Source: a virus (taxonomy: Duplodnaviria > Heunggongvirae > Uroviricota > Caudoviricetes). From it: a DNA stretch of 64,000 nt. Within the stretch, counting starts at the first letter, position 1. The number at the start of each line of letters is the position of its first letter. Under the pieces are notes generated by a model. The model was not told where the DNA came from and made no database searches. It saw only the letters and a list, made by a program, of their open reading frames with translations. The stretch is from the IMG/VR virus record IMGVR_UViG_3300035678_000001. One strand, written 5' to 3'. The position numbers and the translations under genes were made by a program. This document shows, one piece after another, positions 44,362 through 53,677 of this stretch.

Positions 44362-44483
44362 TGACCCTCCGGGTCTTTCTGTGTCGGTGTGCTGCGGTGC
44401 CACCCCTCGCAGTACGCAGGCGTGATCTTCGCGTCTCGTGTCTGCCCGCACCATGAGCATGTCTCTGGTGGATCGTCGCTCAT
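44358..44483 (-). CDS. Small Cys protein
   Basis: ATGA coupling. Confidence 0.45.
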   Translation of the reverse strand: MSDDPPETCSWCGQTRDAKITPAYCEGWHRSTPTQKDPEGQ

Positions 44484-44662
44484 CTCGCCCCCAAGTCGAT
44501 GACGTTGAAGCACGCAGCGCAGCGGACCAGGCCACCGCGCTTCCACTCCTCCGGGTGAACGACATGCTGGTCCGAGCCGACACACAGGGTGATCTTGTGC
44601 TCGCGCACCTTCTCGATGGCGTCGAGCACCATCTGCCTGGTCAGCCCGACTGACCCACTCAT
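44480..44662 (-). CDS. Small Zn-finger-like protein
   Basis: LC...HVVH...RCAAC; GGAGG RBS. Confidence 0.55.
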   Translation of the reverse strand: MSGSVGLTRQMVLDAIEKVREHKITLCVGSDQHVVHPEEWKRGGLVRCAACFNVIDLGAR

Positions 44663-44940
44663 CGGTACATCCTCCTGCGCCCGAAGGCAGCCAGCGTCTC
44701 TATGCGTTCCTCGGCCAGCAGCCGGGTGCGAGTGGGGGTGGCAAGCCGTTCCTCGCGCTCGGCCAACCAGTGCGCTCTGGCAGCGGCTTGCCGGGCACGC
44801 GCAGCGCGGAGACGAGCCAGCGCCAGTTCATTCTTCGGCAGAGGTGGTGCTGGCTTGGGCTGGATCTGCGGGACAGCAGGCGGCTCGGGCACGACGATCT
44901 CCGGCCAGCGAGGTAGGCCACCCCTGGGTTGCAGGCTCAC
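44659..44940 (-). CDS. Basic Pro/Arg-rich hypothetical protein
   Basis: GTGA coupling. Confidence 0.5.
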   Translation of the reverse strand: MSLQPRGGLPRWPEIVVPEPPAVPQIQPKPAPPLPKNELALARLRAARARQAAARAHWLAEREERLATPTRTRLLAEERIETLAAFGRRRMYR

Positions 44941-45266
44941 GGCAACCACTCCGTCCAGACGGTCATCTCGGTGTACGGCACGAACTCGATCAGCGCGTCG
45001 TCCACCCGGTCGTTGAGACGATGCGGCCACTCACCGTCGCGGTAGCCCGCCTTGACGACCACGAGGGTGCCTCCGCGCCTGCCACGCAGAGCACGATGGG
45101 CCTCACGGCCACCGATGATGTGCGGCTTCTTGGTGAGGCCGGGCAGCCACATCGGGTTGATGGTGTGCAGCCACGTCTCACCCATCCGCACGTCGGGAGC
45201 CAGCGCCAGCGGGTGCGGCTCGTGCGACCACTCGATGAGGGTCGCGATGCGGTCGATGTCCACCAT
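44937..45266 (-). CDS. Hypothetical protein
   Basis: TGATG coupling. Confidence 0.55.
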   Translation of the reverse strand: MVDIDRIATLIEWSHEPHPLALAPDVRMGETWLHTINPMWLPGLTKKPHIIGGREAHRALRGRRGGTLVVVKAGYRDGEWPHRLNDRVDDALIEFVPYTEMTVWTEWLP

Positions 45267-45409
45267 CAGCGAGCCGCCTCCCAGAGGCGGCGGCGTTCTG
45301 CTTCGTGGTGCTCGCCACCGTAGAAGCGCCGGGCCGTACGCAGCGCCATCAGCCACAGCATCCACGAGGCGGGGTGGCGCAGGCGCTCACGCAGCGGTGG
45401 CTGCCACAT
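45266..45409 (-). CDS. Small hypothetical protein
   Basis: TGATG coupling. Confidence 0.45.
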   Translation of the reverse strand: MWQPPLRERLRHPASWMLWLMALRTARRFYGGEHHEAERRRLWEAAR

Positions 45410-45735
45410 CAGGTCTTCACCCTGCGCTCGTTCATCTTCAAGGTGATGAACGTGGTGACCGTCTCCATGCAGGCGGTGTTCCAGATGGTGTTGGGCTCGG
45501 GGCGGAACGTGTATTGCCGCCACGGGCCGTACCAGCGGACCTGCGCCAGCCGGTAGCCACCCGACTTGGACAGCACGTCCCACACCTTGGTCTTGCCGGT
45601 GTCATGGACCTCGATGAAGGTCAGGTACTCGCTGTCGCCAGCCCACGAGCCGGTCGAGCAGTCGTGCGGCGGGTCCGGCGGCTGGGGTGAGATCTGTGGC
45701 GGCGTGCTGTGCTCGGACACCTGCTGCTCACCCAC
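45409..45735 (-). CDS. Hypothetical protein (GKTKVWDV...VRWYGPWRQYTF)
   Basis: Motif recalled from phage small proteins; start uncertain. Confidence 0.6.
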   Translation of the reverse strand: MGEQQVSEHSTPPQISPQPPDPPHDCSTGSWAGDSEYLTFIEVHDTGKTKVWDVLSKSGGYRLAQVRWYGPWRQYTFRPEPNTIWNTACMETVTTFITLKMNERRVKT

Positions 45736-46072
45736 CGGACTGGTCCGGCATCACGAGGACCGGCGTGGTGGCGATGGCCTCCAACGTGACCTCCCACTTG
45801 ATGTTGATGTGGCTCAACTCGCGGCCCAGGCTGGCTGCCCACTCGTGGGACTGCCGGATCAACTCGCGATGCACGGCCTCGATGGCATCAGGCCCACCCA
45901 GCAGCGTGTGCAGGGCCACCTCGCCCGAGTTGGTGACCAGCAGCGGCACCAGGGGCGGCACGGTGGTCGGGTCGGTGACCGGAGTGCCCGGCTCCGGGGC
46001 TGTGGGGCTCTCTGGCGCCTTCTTGCCGATCCGCGCACCCGCCAGGGCACCGGGGACCAGTTCGCCGCTCAC
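45728..46072 (-). CDS. Hypothetical protein
   Basis: GTGA coupling. Confidence 0.5.
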   Translation of the reverse strand: MSGELVPGALAGARIGKKAPESPTAPEPGTPVTDPTTVPPLVPLLVTNSGEVALHTLLGGPDAIEAVHRELIRQSHEWAASLGRELSHINIKWEVTLEAIATTPVLVMPDQSGG

Positions 46073-46272
46073 ACGGGCCGTCCAGCCGCCGCGAAGCAGC
46101 CGTTGCACCACCAGCGACCGTCCGGTGCCTTGCCCAGCGAGATGGACACCACGTTGCCCCGGCTGTCCGCGATCTGCTGGCGGTTGCGGCCACAGCCGGT
46201 GCAGGGCGGTGAGTCGCTGCCGATGGTGGCGACCGGGGTGCCGGTGGCGAAGCCGCTGTAGTCGGCGCTCAC
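46069..46272 (-). CDS. Small Zn-ribbon protein
   Basis: CTGCG...WWCNGC. Confidence 0.55.
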   Translation of the reverse strand: MSADYSGFATGTPVATIGSDSPPCTGCGRNRQQIADSRGNVVSISLGKAPDGRWWCNGCFAAAGRPV

Positions 46273-46547
46273 GACTGCTGCTCCTGGGCGTTAGGCGACG
46301 GCCAGGCAGGCGATCCCGGCAGCGACTCGTAGTGGCATGGGTCGCCGTCCCGACAGGGGCAGGTTGGATCGCCATGCGGGCACGGCGGGGCGCTCTGCGT
46401 CGGTGTACCGGAACACTCGTCGCTGGCGTGGACGACGTTGTTCAGCACAAACCGCGAGGCAACAGCGTGCAGGAGGACGGCTCTACACGCACACCGCACC
46501 TCGCCAGTCGGTGTCGCAGAAGGCTGCGGAGAAGTCGGCTGGCTCAC
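46269..46547 (-). CDS. Cys-rich protein (CPHGDPTCPCRDGDPCHY)
   Basis: GTGA coupling, GGAGG RBS. Confidence 0.55.
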   Translation of the reverse strand: MSQPTSPQPSATPTGEVRCACRAVLLHAVASRFVLNNVVHASDECSGTPTQSAPPCPHGDPTCPCRDGDPCHYESLPGSPAWPSPNAQEQQS

Positions 46548-47071
46548 CCGGCCTCCTCGTCTTCCTCGTGGCACTCCTCGCAGCACGTCTCGCCCTTGGC
46601 CCGGTGCTCGGCCTGGTGGGCGTAGCGGGCCTGCTCGTCCGCGATGAACTCGTCCAACGCGCCCACCGAGTGGTACGAGAGCACCGAGACGTTGTGGGCG
46701 TGCTCGTACTGGCAGTCGGGGTCGCCGCAGTTCAGCCCAGCCACGCCGAGCAGGTAGCGGTCCCCCGCCGCCTTGGCGTCCTGGCGCGTCTCGAACGGGC
46801 CGAAGAAGACAGAGGACATGCCCTCCATCTCGATCTCGCCCGTCTCCTCGTCCTTGCGCATGATCGGCTGGGACAGGCACAGCAGGTGCCCAGCGACATC
46901 GACGGCGTTCTCCTCGGCCACCATCTCGGCCACGTCGCTCATCTCGCTCTGCCGGAGCAACTCCCTGGCCGGGCCGCACTCCTCGAAGTGCTCGGCCATC
47001 TTGGCGATCAGCACCTCGGGGTCGGGATAGACCAGCAGCACGCCGCAGCCGACGCAGGTCAACTCGTCCAT
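46544..47071 (-). CDS. Acidic Cys/His-rich hypothetical protein
   Basis: 175-aa coupled ORF. Confidence 0.65.
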   Translation of the reverse strand: MDELTCVGCGVLLVYPDPEVLIAKMAEHFEECGPARELLRQSEMSDVAEMVAEENAVDVAGHLLCLSQPIMRKDEETGEIEMEGMSSVFFGPFETRQDAKAAGDRYLLGVAGLNCGDPDCQYEHAHNVSVLSYHSVGALDEFIADEQARYAHQAEHRAKGETCCEECHEEDEEAG

Positions 47072-47280
47072 CAGATGTCCTTCGGGATCTTGGCGCGGGT
47101 GCGCTCGGCAGCAGTGAGCATCCCATCCCGCTCGAACTCCTCGGCCAGGTTTGCGAGCGCGTTGGCGACCGCCTTGCGCAGTCGCTTGGCCGTCGCGCTG
47201 CTCTTGGGCTCCTGCTGCGCGGTCGAGTGGATCTTGTGGCCGGGCTGCTCCCGGACACAGCCCGGCTCGGGGCAGGTCAT
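47071..47280 (-). CDS. Hypothetical protein
   Basis: ATGA coupling. Confidence 0.5.
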   Translation of the reverse strand: MTCPEPGCVREQPGHKIHSTAQQEPKSSATAKRLRKAVANALANLAEEFERDGMLTAAERTRAKIPKDI

Positions 47281-47387
47281 CGTTGCCACGGCCAGGTGCC
47301 CTTCTCGTCCGGCGCTGGCCCGAGCACGGCGTTGATGAAGGCCAGGCAGCCGCAGAACGCGCCGAGCAGCACCAACACCTCGATCAC
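47277..47387 (-). CDS. 36-aa membrane peptide
   Basis: Hydrophobic N-terminus; GTGA coupling. Confidence 0.5.
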   Translation of the reverse strand: MIEVLVLLGAFCGCLAFINAVLGPAPDEKGTWPWQR

Positions 47388-47527
47388 AGCACCTCTCCCT
47401 CGACCTGCACGTCCTCTGGTGGCGGGCAGTGCAGTCGGTGCTCCTTGTCCCAGGCCACAGCCTCGGGGATCGAGGTGGTGATGATCTGGGCGCCGCACGT
47501 GGTGCAGCCATAGAGGATCTGGCTCAC
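47384..47527 (-). CDS. Small CxxC...H-x3-C protein
   Basis: MSQILYGCTTCG...; GTGA coupling; not in the ORF track. Confidence 0.5.
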   Translation of the reverse strand: MSQILYGCTTCGAQIITTSIPEAVAWDKEHRLHCPPPEDVQVEGEVL

Positions 47528-47997
47528 TGGGTGATGTCCCGCACGGTCTGGATGTCGGCCATCGACATCTTGCTGCCGCCCATCATCACGCCGTGGAAGC
47601 GCACCGCAGCAGCGAGATGGAGGATGGCGTCGGCCTGCTTGTCGTACTCCATCCGCACGCCGCCGACCTCGATGGCCGAGGGCTCGGGCTCCTCACGCAG
47701 CGTGGCGTCGGTGCCAGCGGCCACCAGCCGCTCCCAGGCAGCCTCGGTCATCGTGACCTGCCCCTTGCCGGTGATGAGCACGTGCGTGCAGGTGCCGGTC
47801 GCCAGCGGGATGTTGCACAGCGAGCACTGCGGATAGGCGATGACGGACTGGCCCACCTCGCCCGTGAACGCCGCTTGGATGGCAGGTGAGGAGAGCACGT
47901 CCGACACCCGCTGCAAGCCGTGCTGGGTCACGAGGTCCAGCAGCCAGGCCATGAAGATCCGCTCCACGGTGTCGGCGTCGATCAGGTGCTCGCTCAT
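47524..47997 (-). CDS. Hypothetical protein
   Basis: ATGA coupling. Confidence 0.6.
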   Translation of the reverse strand: MSEHLIDADTVERIFMAWLLDLVTQHGLQRVSDVLSSPAIQAAFTGEVGQSVIAYPQCSLCNIPLATGTCTHVLITGKGQVTMTEAAWERLVAAGTDATLREEPEPSAIEVGGVRMEYDKQADAILHLAAAVRFHGVMMGGSKMSMADIQTVRDITQ

Positions 47998-48272
47998 ACG
48001 TTGTCCCAGGTGACGTTGGTGGTGCGCGGGATGATGCCCCCACCGTTGGGGACGATCTTGAGGTGCGAGCCCTCGTGCCCGAGAGTGCGCTGGCAGCGCA
48101 GGATCGAGTCGGGCGTGTAGTCGCTGCCGATCACAGCACGGATCTCGCCCGAGGTGAGGATGGCGCTCGGGCACTCCTCGACGCGCTTGGTCTGCGTCAC
48201 GTGGATCGTCTTGTCGGGGGTCACCGCCACGTCAGCCACCGCCAGTAGTAGCGCCACAGGGCCGGGTGCCAC
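47994..48272 (-). CDS. Possible exported protein with CQRTLGHEGSH motif
   Basis: Hydrophobic N-terminus. Confidence 0.5.
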   Translation of the reverse strand: MAPGPVALLLAVADVAVTPDKTIHVTQTKRVEECPSAILTSGEIRAVIGSDYTPDSILRCQRTLGHEGSHLKIVPNGGGIIPRTTNVTWDNV

Positions 48273-48557
48273 CTAGGACGCATGTGGAGCACGATCACGG
48301 CTCTGCTCGATCCCGTAGACGCGGCCAGTGCGGACGATGCTGTCGATGAGGTGACGGGTGAGGCTCTCGATCTCGGCTCGCGCCACTTGGTAGATCTCCG
48401 GGTCGGACTCCATCTCGGCCAGGATGTTCAGCGCCGTGAGGTCGGCCTGCACCCGCTTGCGGTCGTGGTAGTGGTGGCGCGGAGCACCGAGGCGATCTCG
48501 CTCGGGGATCGCGGCCAGGATGCGCTTCGCCAGGGCGGCGACCTCTGGTGGTGTCAC
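48273..48557 (-). CDS. Helical hypothetical protein (paralogue of the next gene)
   Basis: A-x-RILA...VQADL...YG. Confidence 0.6.
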   Translation of the reverse strand: MTPPEVAALAKRILAAIPERDRLGAPRHHYHDRKRVQADLTALNILAEMESDPEIYQVARAEIESLTRHLIDSIVRTGRVYGIEQSRDRAPHAS

Positions 48558-48820
48558 GGCTGGACTCCGTAGACCTTGGCGATGCGGTACAGCCCGCCCT
48601 CGGCGTGGTTGAGGTAGTAGTTGCTCGGCCCCAACTTGGCGCCGTGGATGTCGAACCACCATCGCTTGATCGCAGCGAGGTCAGCCTCGACGCCATCACG
48701 GTCAGCCTGCATCCGGCGGGTCATGTGCGACTCGGGGTCGATGCGCTGGTAGCCTGCGATCTCGCGGTCGATCTGGGCGAGGATGCGCCCAGCGAACTCC
48801 TCGGCCTCCTCCTGGGTCAT
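48554..48820 (-). CDS. Helical hypothetical protein (paralogue of the previous gene)
   Basis: AGRILA...VEADL...VYG. Confidence 0.6.
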   Translation of the reverse strand: MTQEEAEEFAGRILAQIDREIAGYQRIDPESHMTRRMQADRDGVEADLAAIKRWWFDIHGAKLGPSNYYLNHAEGGLYRIAKVYGVQP

Positions 48821-49020
48821 CGCAGCCTCACGTCCACACCCTGGTCCTGGGCAGCACCGTTGCTGGTGATGGTCCAGATGACGGCGTAGACCTCACCTTG
48901 GAGCCGGTCGTCGTCAATGACCACCGTGTCGCCCCGGCGGGGTACGGCATCCATCTCGACGGTGAACGCACGCGGCAGTTCAGCGAACGGCTCGCGGTGG
49001 GGGACGAAGGTGACCTTCAC
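48817..49020 (-). CDS. Small beta-rich protein (VPRRGDTV)
   Basis: GTGA coupling. Confidence 0.55.
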   Translation of the reverse strand: MKVTFVPHREPFAELPRAFTVEMDAVPRRGDTVVIDDDRLQGEVYAVIWTITSNGAAQDQGVDVRLR

Positions 49021-50552
49021 GACTGGATGCCCTTGAGGGCGTCGTACGCCTTGGACTGGACCATCGGGACGCTGCGCTCGGTCGAGCAGGCCGTGCAGCC
49101 CTCGTAGGACACCGTGTCAGAGCCGTCCGACAGGTTGGTGAAGACGCGGCCCTTGTGCAGCGGCTGCCAGTCGTGCTTGCCGTCGATGGCGGTGTCGGCC
49201 TCGCACACGTCAGGGTTCGACTCGTGGCGCTCGTCCGAGGTCGGGAAGGAGGACGCCAGCGAGGCAGCCCCACCGATCTGGTCGCGGTCGCGTGGGCTCA
49301 CCGTGTCGGCCAGCGTCTCCACGGGGGCGTCGTACAGCGGGCAGTACGAGTAGTGCAGGCCGGTGGGATCGTGCTCGTCCTTGCCTGGCGGGTTGATCGG
49401 CCCCTCGTTGTTGGAGTCTCGGCACTGGCAGGTGGGCTTCTGCTCCCACCAGCACAGCAGGTGACCGTCAGCGTCGTGAGCCTGGTGGTCGCCAGCGTGG
49501 CCCTGGTCACGGTCACAAGAGAAGGCGACAGCCATCGCATCCTTGGCTGCCTGGGTGACGTTCGCTCCGTCCGGGCCGAAGGTCGCTGGTGCGTTGCACA
49601 GCGTGGGCTCGGCTCGCGGGTCGCACTGATCGCAGCGCCGTCGCAGGTCGGTGACCTGTCCGACACCACAGAAGCGGCACGTGTGGCCGACAGGCTCGCT
49701 CTCGCCGTCCTCGACCGGCAGGCACATGCCGTGGTTGCCCTCGCGGTGACGCTGCTCGACCATCGCGCAGTCGAGGTGAGGCTGGCCCAGGCATCGCTGG
49801 GTGCGCTCATGGAAGTCAGCGATCAGCCGCTGCTGCGGGCTGCCCTCGGGCGGGTAGCCCAGCAGGTCAGCGATCTTGTCCTGCTCGGCTGGTGGGCTGT
49901 CGCTGGTGACGACCTGCACCTCGCCCGTGCAGAAGGCCAGCGCCAGTGCGTGGGTGCCGAAGTCGTGGGTCGTGACGGTGTGCCCCTTGAGCCCGAAGTC
50001 GTGCATCAGCCGCCGGTAGGCATCGCCCTCGGTGGGCAGCAGGAAGGTCCAGCACGAGCCGTTGAGGTCACGCACCACCCGCCAAGTGTTCTCCCTGGTC
50101 AGGGCGCCGCCGTTGGGGTCCGGGTCGTGAGCGATGTGGCTGCCGTCCGGCAGAGCGAAGGACACCGCTGGCCCCTTGGTGTCGAGCACCACCTTCATGC
50201 CCTCGACCGGAGTGAAGGCAGGCGAGTCGAGAGGGCCAGGCCAGACGAACTTCACGATGTCGCCCGGCTTGAGCAGGTGGGCGTTGGTGATGGTCGCCAA
50301 GTTGTCCTTGATCTCGGCCACCACGCCTTCTGGTGTGGATGCCTCGATGGCGCCCTTGGTCGGCTCCTTGCCCTCGAACATGGCGGGCTCCAACAGCGGA
50401 CGCCCCCGGTCGTTGCCCCAGCGCGCCAGGTTGTAGTGCTTGGCGCACAGGCTGGACCCCTCCCACACCACCGTGGTCTGCACCTGCTGGGAGCGGTAGT
50501 CGATGCCCTCGGCAGCCCAGTTGTCGTAGCAGGACACGCACATCGGACCCAT
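49017..50552 (-). CDS. About 510-aa multi-module Cys/His-rich accessory protein
   Basis: Many CxxC and C...GHxGxH motifs; start may be 50552 or 50561. Confidence 0.7.
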   Translation of the reverse strand: MGPMCVSCYDNWAAEGIDYRSQQVQTTVVWEGSSLCAKHYNLARWGNDRGRPLLEPAMFEGKEPTKGAIEASTPEGVVAEIKDNLATITNAHLLKPGDIVKFVWPGPLDSPAFTPVEGMKVVLDTKGPAVSFALPDGSHIAHDPDPNGGALTRENTWRVVRDLNGSCWTFLLPTEGDAYRRLMHDFGLKGHTVTTHDFGTHALALAFCTGEVQVVTSDSPPAEQDKIADLLGYPPEGSPQQRLIADFHERTQRCLGQPHLDCAMVEQRHREGNHGMCLPVEDGESEPVGHTCRFCGVGQVTDLRRRCDQCDPRAEPTLCNAPATFGPDGANVTQAAKDAMAVAFSCDRDQGHAGDHQAHDADGHLLCWWEQKPTCQCRDSNNEGPINPPGKDEHDPTGLHYSYCPLYDAPVETLADTVSPRDRDQIGGAASLASSFPTSDERHESNPDVCEADTAIDGKHDWQPLHKGRVFTNLSDGSDTVSYEGCTACSTERSVPMVQSKAYDALKGIQS

Positions 50553-50571
50553 GAAGACCAACCGACTTTCT

Positions 50572-50590
50572 CTACAAGGATGTTGGGGAG
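50572..50590 (-). promoter_or_regulatory. Half-conserved operator copy (ctacaaggatgttgg)
   Basis: CTACAAGGAT half-site in the intergenic gap before the 510-aa gene. Confidence 0.45.
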
Positions 50591-50609
50591 TGGAAGCGTA
50601 GCGGGCACA

Positions 50610-50777
50610 TCAAGATGTTTGGAGTCTCTTGCTCCCTCGGTGCTCCATGCACTGGGAGAACACGTGCTCGCCCGCATGGCCGTTGGTGAGCACGCACTGG
50701 TGGGGGTGGGCGTCGTACTCGTTGATGCCGTAGTCAGCCTTCGCCCGGCAGCGCAGGTGGCGTCCCTTGATCTTCAC
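50610..50777 (-). CDS. 55-aa protein with CVLTNGHAGEH motif
   Basis: GTGA coupling; not in the ORF track. Confidence 0.5.
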   Translation of the reverse strand: MKIKGRHLRCRAKADYGINEYDAHPHQCVLTNGHAGEHVFSQCMEHRGSKRLQTS

Positions 50778-51427
50778 TCGTCCGTCCCGACGTAGTGGCT
50801 GTCGTTCATCCGGGTGCGCAGCAGGTCCAGCGCCATCGTCACGCGCCGGTACGTCTCCCCGGTCGCGTTGTCGTTGCCGACCACCCGGATCAGCGCGTTC
50901 AGCAGGTTCGCCGCGTCGTTGAGGGCGTTGATGAGCACTGCCGTGTCGTGGGTGCCGGAGTGGCCGGTGGCGTTGTGGTCCAGCAGCACCGTCTTGGCGT
51001 CGGTGAGCCTCGACAGGTGCTCCATCTGGTAGGCGTGCCAGGTCATCGCTGCCTGGGCGACTCCCGGCTCGCAGGGGACAGCATCGCCCCAGCCGACCTT
51101 GCGCTCATGGGTGTGGGGCTCGGGCTTGCGCAGCGGCTCACCGTGGCCGTGGGTCAGCCCCAGGCACTCGGGGTGGGTGTGCCAGTTGGGCAGGTCGGTC
51201 ACCGCGTGGACGCCCAGCGGGAAGGACACCCCGCTGTCACTGGGTGGGTCCATCTGCACCACGGTGGCCCCGGCCTCGCCCTGGGCGATCAGGACGGCCT
51301 GCTCGCGCTCGGCGTCGTTCTTGTCGCCGGGGATCCACACGCCCTGTCGCCAGACGCCCACCCGGTACGTCTCGCCGTCGTCGGACAGCACGCCCCAGTG
51401 CTCGTGCTCGGTCGTCGTCTCGGTCAT
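50774..51427 (-). CDS. Hypothetical protein
   Basis: 217 aa; ATGA coupling. Confidence 0.65.
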   Translation of the reverse strand: MTETTTEHEHWGVLSDDGETYRVGVWRQGVWIPGDKNDAEREQAVLIAQGEAGATVVQMDPPSDSGVSFPLGVHAVTDLPNWHTHPECLGLTHGHGEPLRKPEPHTHERKVGWGDAVPCEPGVAQAAMTWHAYQMEHLSRLTDAKTVLLDHNATGHSGTHDTAVLINALNDAANLLNALIRVVGNDNATGETYRRVTMALDLLRTRMNDSHYVGTDE

Positions 51428-51693
51428 CGGTAGAGGCTCCTGTAGCGCGGCTGGATGGAGATGTGGACGGTGATCGCACCGATCTCGCCCCGCTCCTGGC
51501 GGGCTCGGCTGGCGGCGATCTCTGCGAGCAGTGCGGCCTTGGAGGTCAGGCGCACCTCGATGGCGAGGTCGCCCTCCTTGACGTGGCCCCTGGCGCGCTT
51601 GTGGGGCTTGCTGCCGTAGTAGCAGCGCAGGATGTACGCCTCGTGCGGGCCGAGGTCACGCTTCTGGTAGAGCGGGTCGTCAACGAGGGCCAT
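51424..51693 (-). CDS. Hypothetical protein
   Basis: GGAGG RBS. Confidence 0.55.
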   Translation of the reverse strand: MALVDDPLYQKRDLGPHEAYILRCYYGSKPHKRARGHVKEGDLAIEVRLTSKAALLAEIAASRARQERGEIGAITVHISIQPRYRSLYR

Positions 51694-51967
51694 AGAGCAC
51701 CTCGTCCATGCGCAGCATCAGCGAGCACAGGTAGGTGCCCAGGAGCAGGAAGGGCAGGAAGATCCCGGCGCCCAGCCAACCCACGGTCGCCGTGGCGTTC
51801 CAGAAGCACAGGTAGAGGAAGGCCGGGGCGAAGTAGCAGGTCCAGCGGGCCTGGGTGCGCATCACGGGCTGCGGGTCGGCGTGGCGGGCTCTGAACAGCC
51901 CGATCATCGGCACGAACATGCCGACCGGGTAGACCAGGGCCATCAGCCACAGCGGGACGGTGGGCAT
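51680..51967 (-). CDS. Three-TM membrane protein
   Basis: MPTVPLWLMALVYPVGMF...; TGATG coupling. Confidence 0.6.
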   Translation of the reverse strand: MPTVPLWLMALVYPVGMFVPMIGLFRARHADPQPVMRTQARWTCYFAPAFLYLCFWNATATVGWLGAGIFLPFLLLGTYLCSLMLRMDEVLYGPR

Positions 51968-52410
51968 CAGACCTCCACCGGGTGGTCGGTGTACCAGCCG
52001 ACCGGCAGCCGCTCGGCGTGCGGGTGGCGCGTCTCCCTGACCTCGTTCGCCGGGTAGCCCAGCCGCACGTCGGTGAGGTTGAGGCACCGCTTGCCGTCCA
52101 CCGCTCGGCACTTGGGGCAGATCCTCTTGAGCGCCTCGTCCCACGCCTCGTCGGTGGTGCGGGCTCGGGCCTCTCGTGCCTGCGCCCTCTTGAACCGCTC
52201 GGCCTGGGCAGCCTCGCGCTCGGGGCAGTTGTGGAAGGTGAAGACCTCGGTCTGGACGTAGCCGGTCCGGGCGAACGGCTGCTTGCCCTGCGTCTCCTTG
52301 ACCGAGCGGCTCTGGCTGTCCAGCGGCGGGCTCCACTTGTTGGAGCCGTCCTCGTTGGTGCCCAGCAGCACGAAGCGGACCGGCTGCTTGCAGTCCTGGC
52401 AGTCGCTCAT
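51967..52410 (-). CDS. Zinc-finger protein (CQDC...FHNC; CPKC...C...H-x-x-R)
   Basis: Two Zn-binding motifs. Confidence 0.65.
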   Translation of the reverse strand: MSDCQDCKQPVRFVLLGTNEDGSNKWSPPLDSQSRSVKETQGKQPFARTGYVQTEVFTFHNCPEREAAQAERFKRAQAREARARTTDEAWDEALKRICPKCRAVDGKRCLNLTDVRLGYPANEVRETRHPHAERLPVGWYTDHPVEV

Positions 52411-52694
52411 GCGTCAGCCGCCAACTCGTGGGCCAGCGGGGAGAGCAGGCGGGCGGCGAGGGTGGCCTCGATCCGCTCCTCCGGCCAGCCCGCCATCACG
52501 TAGACCGGGATCTCCACGTCCCACAGCGTGATGGTGCGGCGCTCGTAGCGGACGTGGGTCGGCGGGTGCATGGTGCCCAGATGCACGTCGGCCAGCCGGA
52601 AGCGGGGCGGGACCAAGCCCTCGATGGTGCTGGTCGCCTCTGTCACGTCCAAGACGCAGCCGTCTTGGTAGCCGCCGACCATCAGCGCCTTCAT
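52407..52694 (-). CDS. Hypothetical protein (VGGYQDG)
   Basis: ATGA coupling. Confidence 0.55.
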   Translation of the reverse strand: MKALMVGGYQDGCVLDVTEATSTIEGLVPPRFRLADVHLGTMHPPTHVRYERRTITLWDVEIPVYVMAGWPEERIEATLAARLLSPLAHELAADA

Positions 52695-52960
52695 GACTTG
52701 CCCTGGTGGGTCAGGCACAGCGACCGCGCCACGACGAACTCACCCTCGGTGCGCACTGTGCCCTCTGCGAAGTCGTGGCCGCACTTCTGCCACTCGATCA
52801 GGACGCGCTCCACCTTGCGTCGGGCTGCGGGCTCGCCGTACCGCTCGGTGCTCGCCCACGCCATGATCGTGCCGTCGTCGTGGTGCTCGATGATCGTGCC
52901 GACCTCCTTGCCGCTCGGGTGAGGAGGTCGGTTCCACTGCGAGCCCTCGGGCAGCGTCAT
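52691..52960 (-). CDS. Hypothetical protein
   Basis: ATGA coupling. Confidence 0.55.
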   Translation of the reverse strand: MTLPEGSQWNRPPHPSGKEVGTIIEHHDDGTIMAWASTERYGEPAARRKVERVLIEWQKCGHDFAEGTVRTEGEFVVARSLCLTHQGKS

Positions 52961-53172
52961 ACGCGCAGCATCCGGCGCAGGGCCGGGCGGACCGTCACGA
53001 CCTTGCCCTCGGCGGTGAACCGCTCGATCCAGTTGAGGCCGCACCGCTGGCACAGGGTGGCCGAGCGCATGTCCCGGACGACGCCGACCGGCCACGTGAC
53101 GATCCAGTGCGGCTCACCTGCGCACTCCTCGGTGCCGTCGAGGTTCGCCACCTGGCAGCGGTCCTCGCTCAC
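52957..53172 (-). CDS. Small Cys protein
   Basis: GTGA coupling. Confidence 0.5.
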   Translation of the reverse strand: MSEDRCQVANLDGTEECAGEPHWIVTWPVGVVRDMRSATLCQRCGLNWIERFTAEGKVVTVRPALRRMLRV

Positions 53173-53465
53173 GGCATCACCCTCAACTGGTAGCAGGCAT
53201 CCAGCACCGACTGGCGTCCGGCGTTCCATGCGTTCGCCCAGGCGACTGCCTCGCCGTCAGGGTCGGGGTAGGGCTCGGGCGCCTCGCGGACCTTCTCGGC
53301 CAACTTGGCACGCAGCCGCTCACGCCAGCCGGTGGGGACGCGGGCCGACCACGTGCTGCCGATGGGACTGCGGTGCTCGGCACCCTCGTGCCCAGCGGGC
53401 TCGTCGCAGCGCATCTCGTAGGTCGTGTTCCTGATCGTCACAGTCAGGTGGGCATCGCAGGCCAT
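53169..53465 (-). CDS. Hypothetical protein with CDEPAGHEGAEH motif
   Basis: TGATG coupling. Confidence 0.55.
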   Translation of the reverse strand: MACDAHLTVTIRNTTYEMRCDEPAGHEGAEHRSPIGSTWSARVPTGWRERLRAKLAEKVREAPEPYPDPDGEAVAWANAWNAGRQSVLDACYQLRVMP

Positions 53466-53677
53466 CAGACGGACACCGCTGCCAGCGAGAACGTGAAGGT
53501 GTCGCCCTTGCTGACGTGCTTGAGCGGGTAGCCGCACTCGATGATCGGCACGCCGTCGCGGCAGATCCACGCGACCACGCCCTGCTCTCGGGCCACCAGG
53601 GACACCGAGTTGGTCAGGGCGTCCAACTCCTCGGCCCCACCGATGACGGTGCCCTCGTGGTTCAGCATCGTGAACAT
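53465..53677 (-). CDS. Hypothetical protein
   Basis: TGATG coupling. Confidence 0.5.
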   Translation of the reverse strand: MFTMLNHEGTVIGGAEELDALTNSVSLVAREQGVVAWICRDGVPIIECGYPLKHVSKGDTFTFSLAAVSV

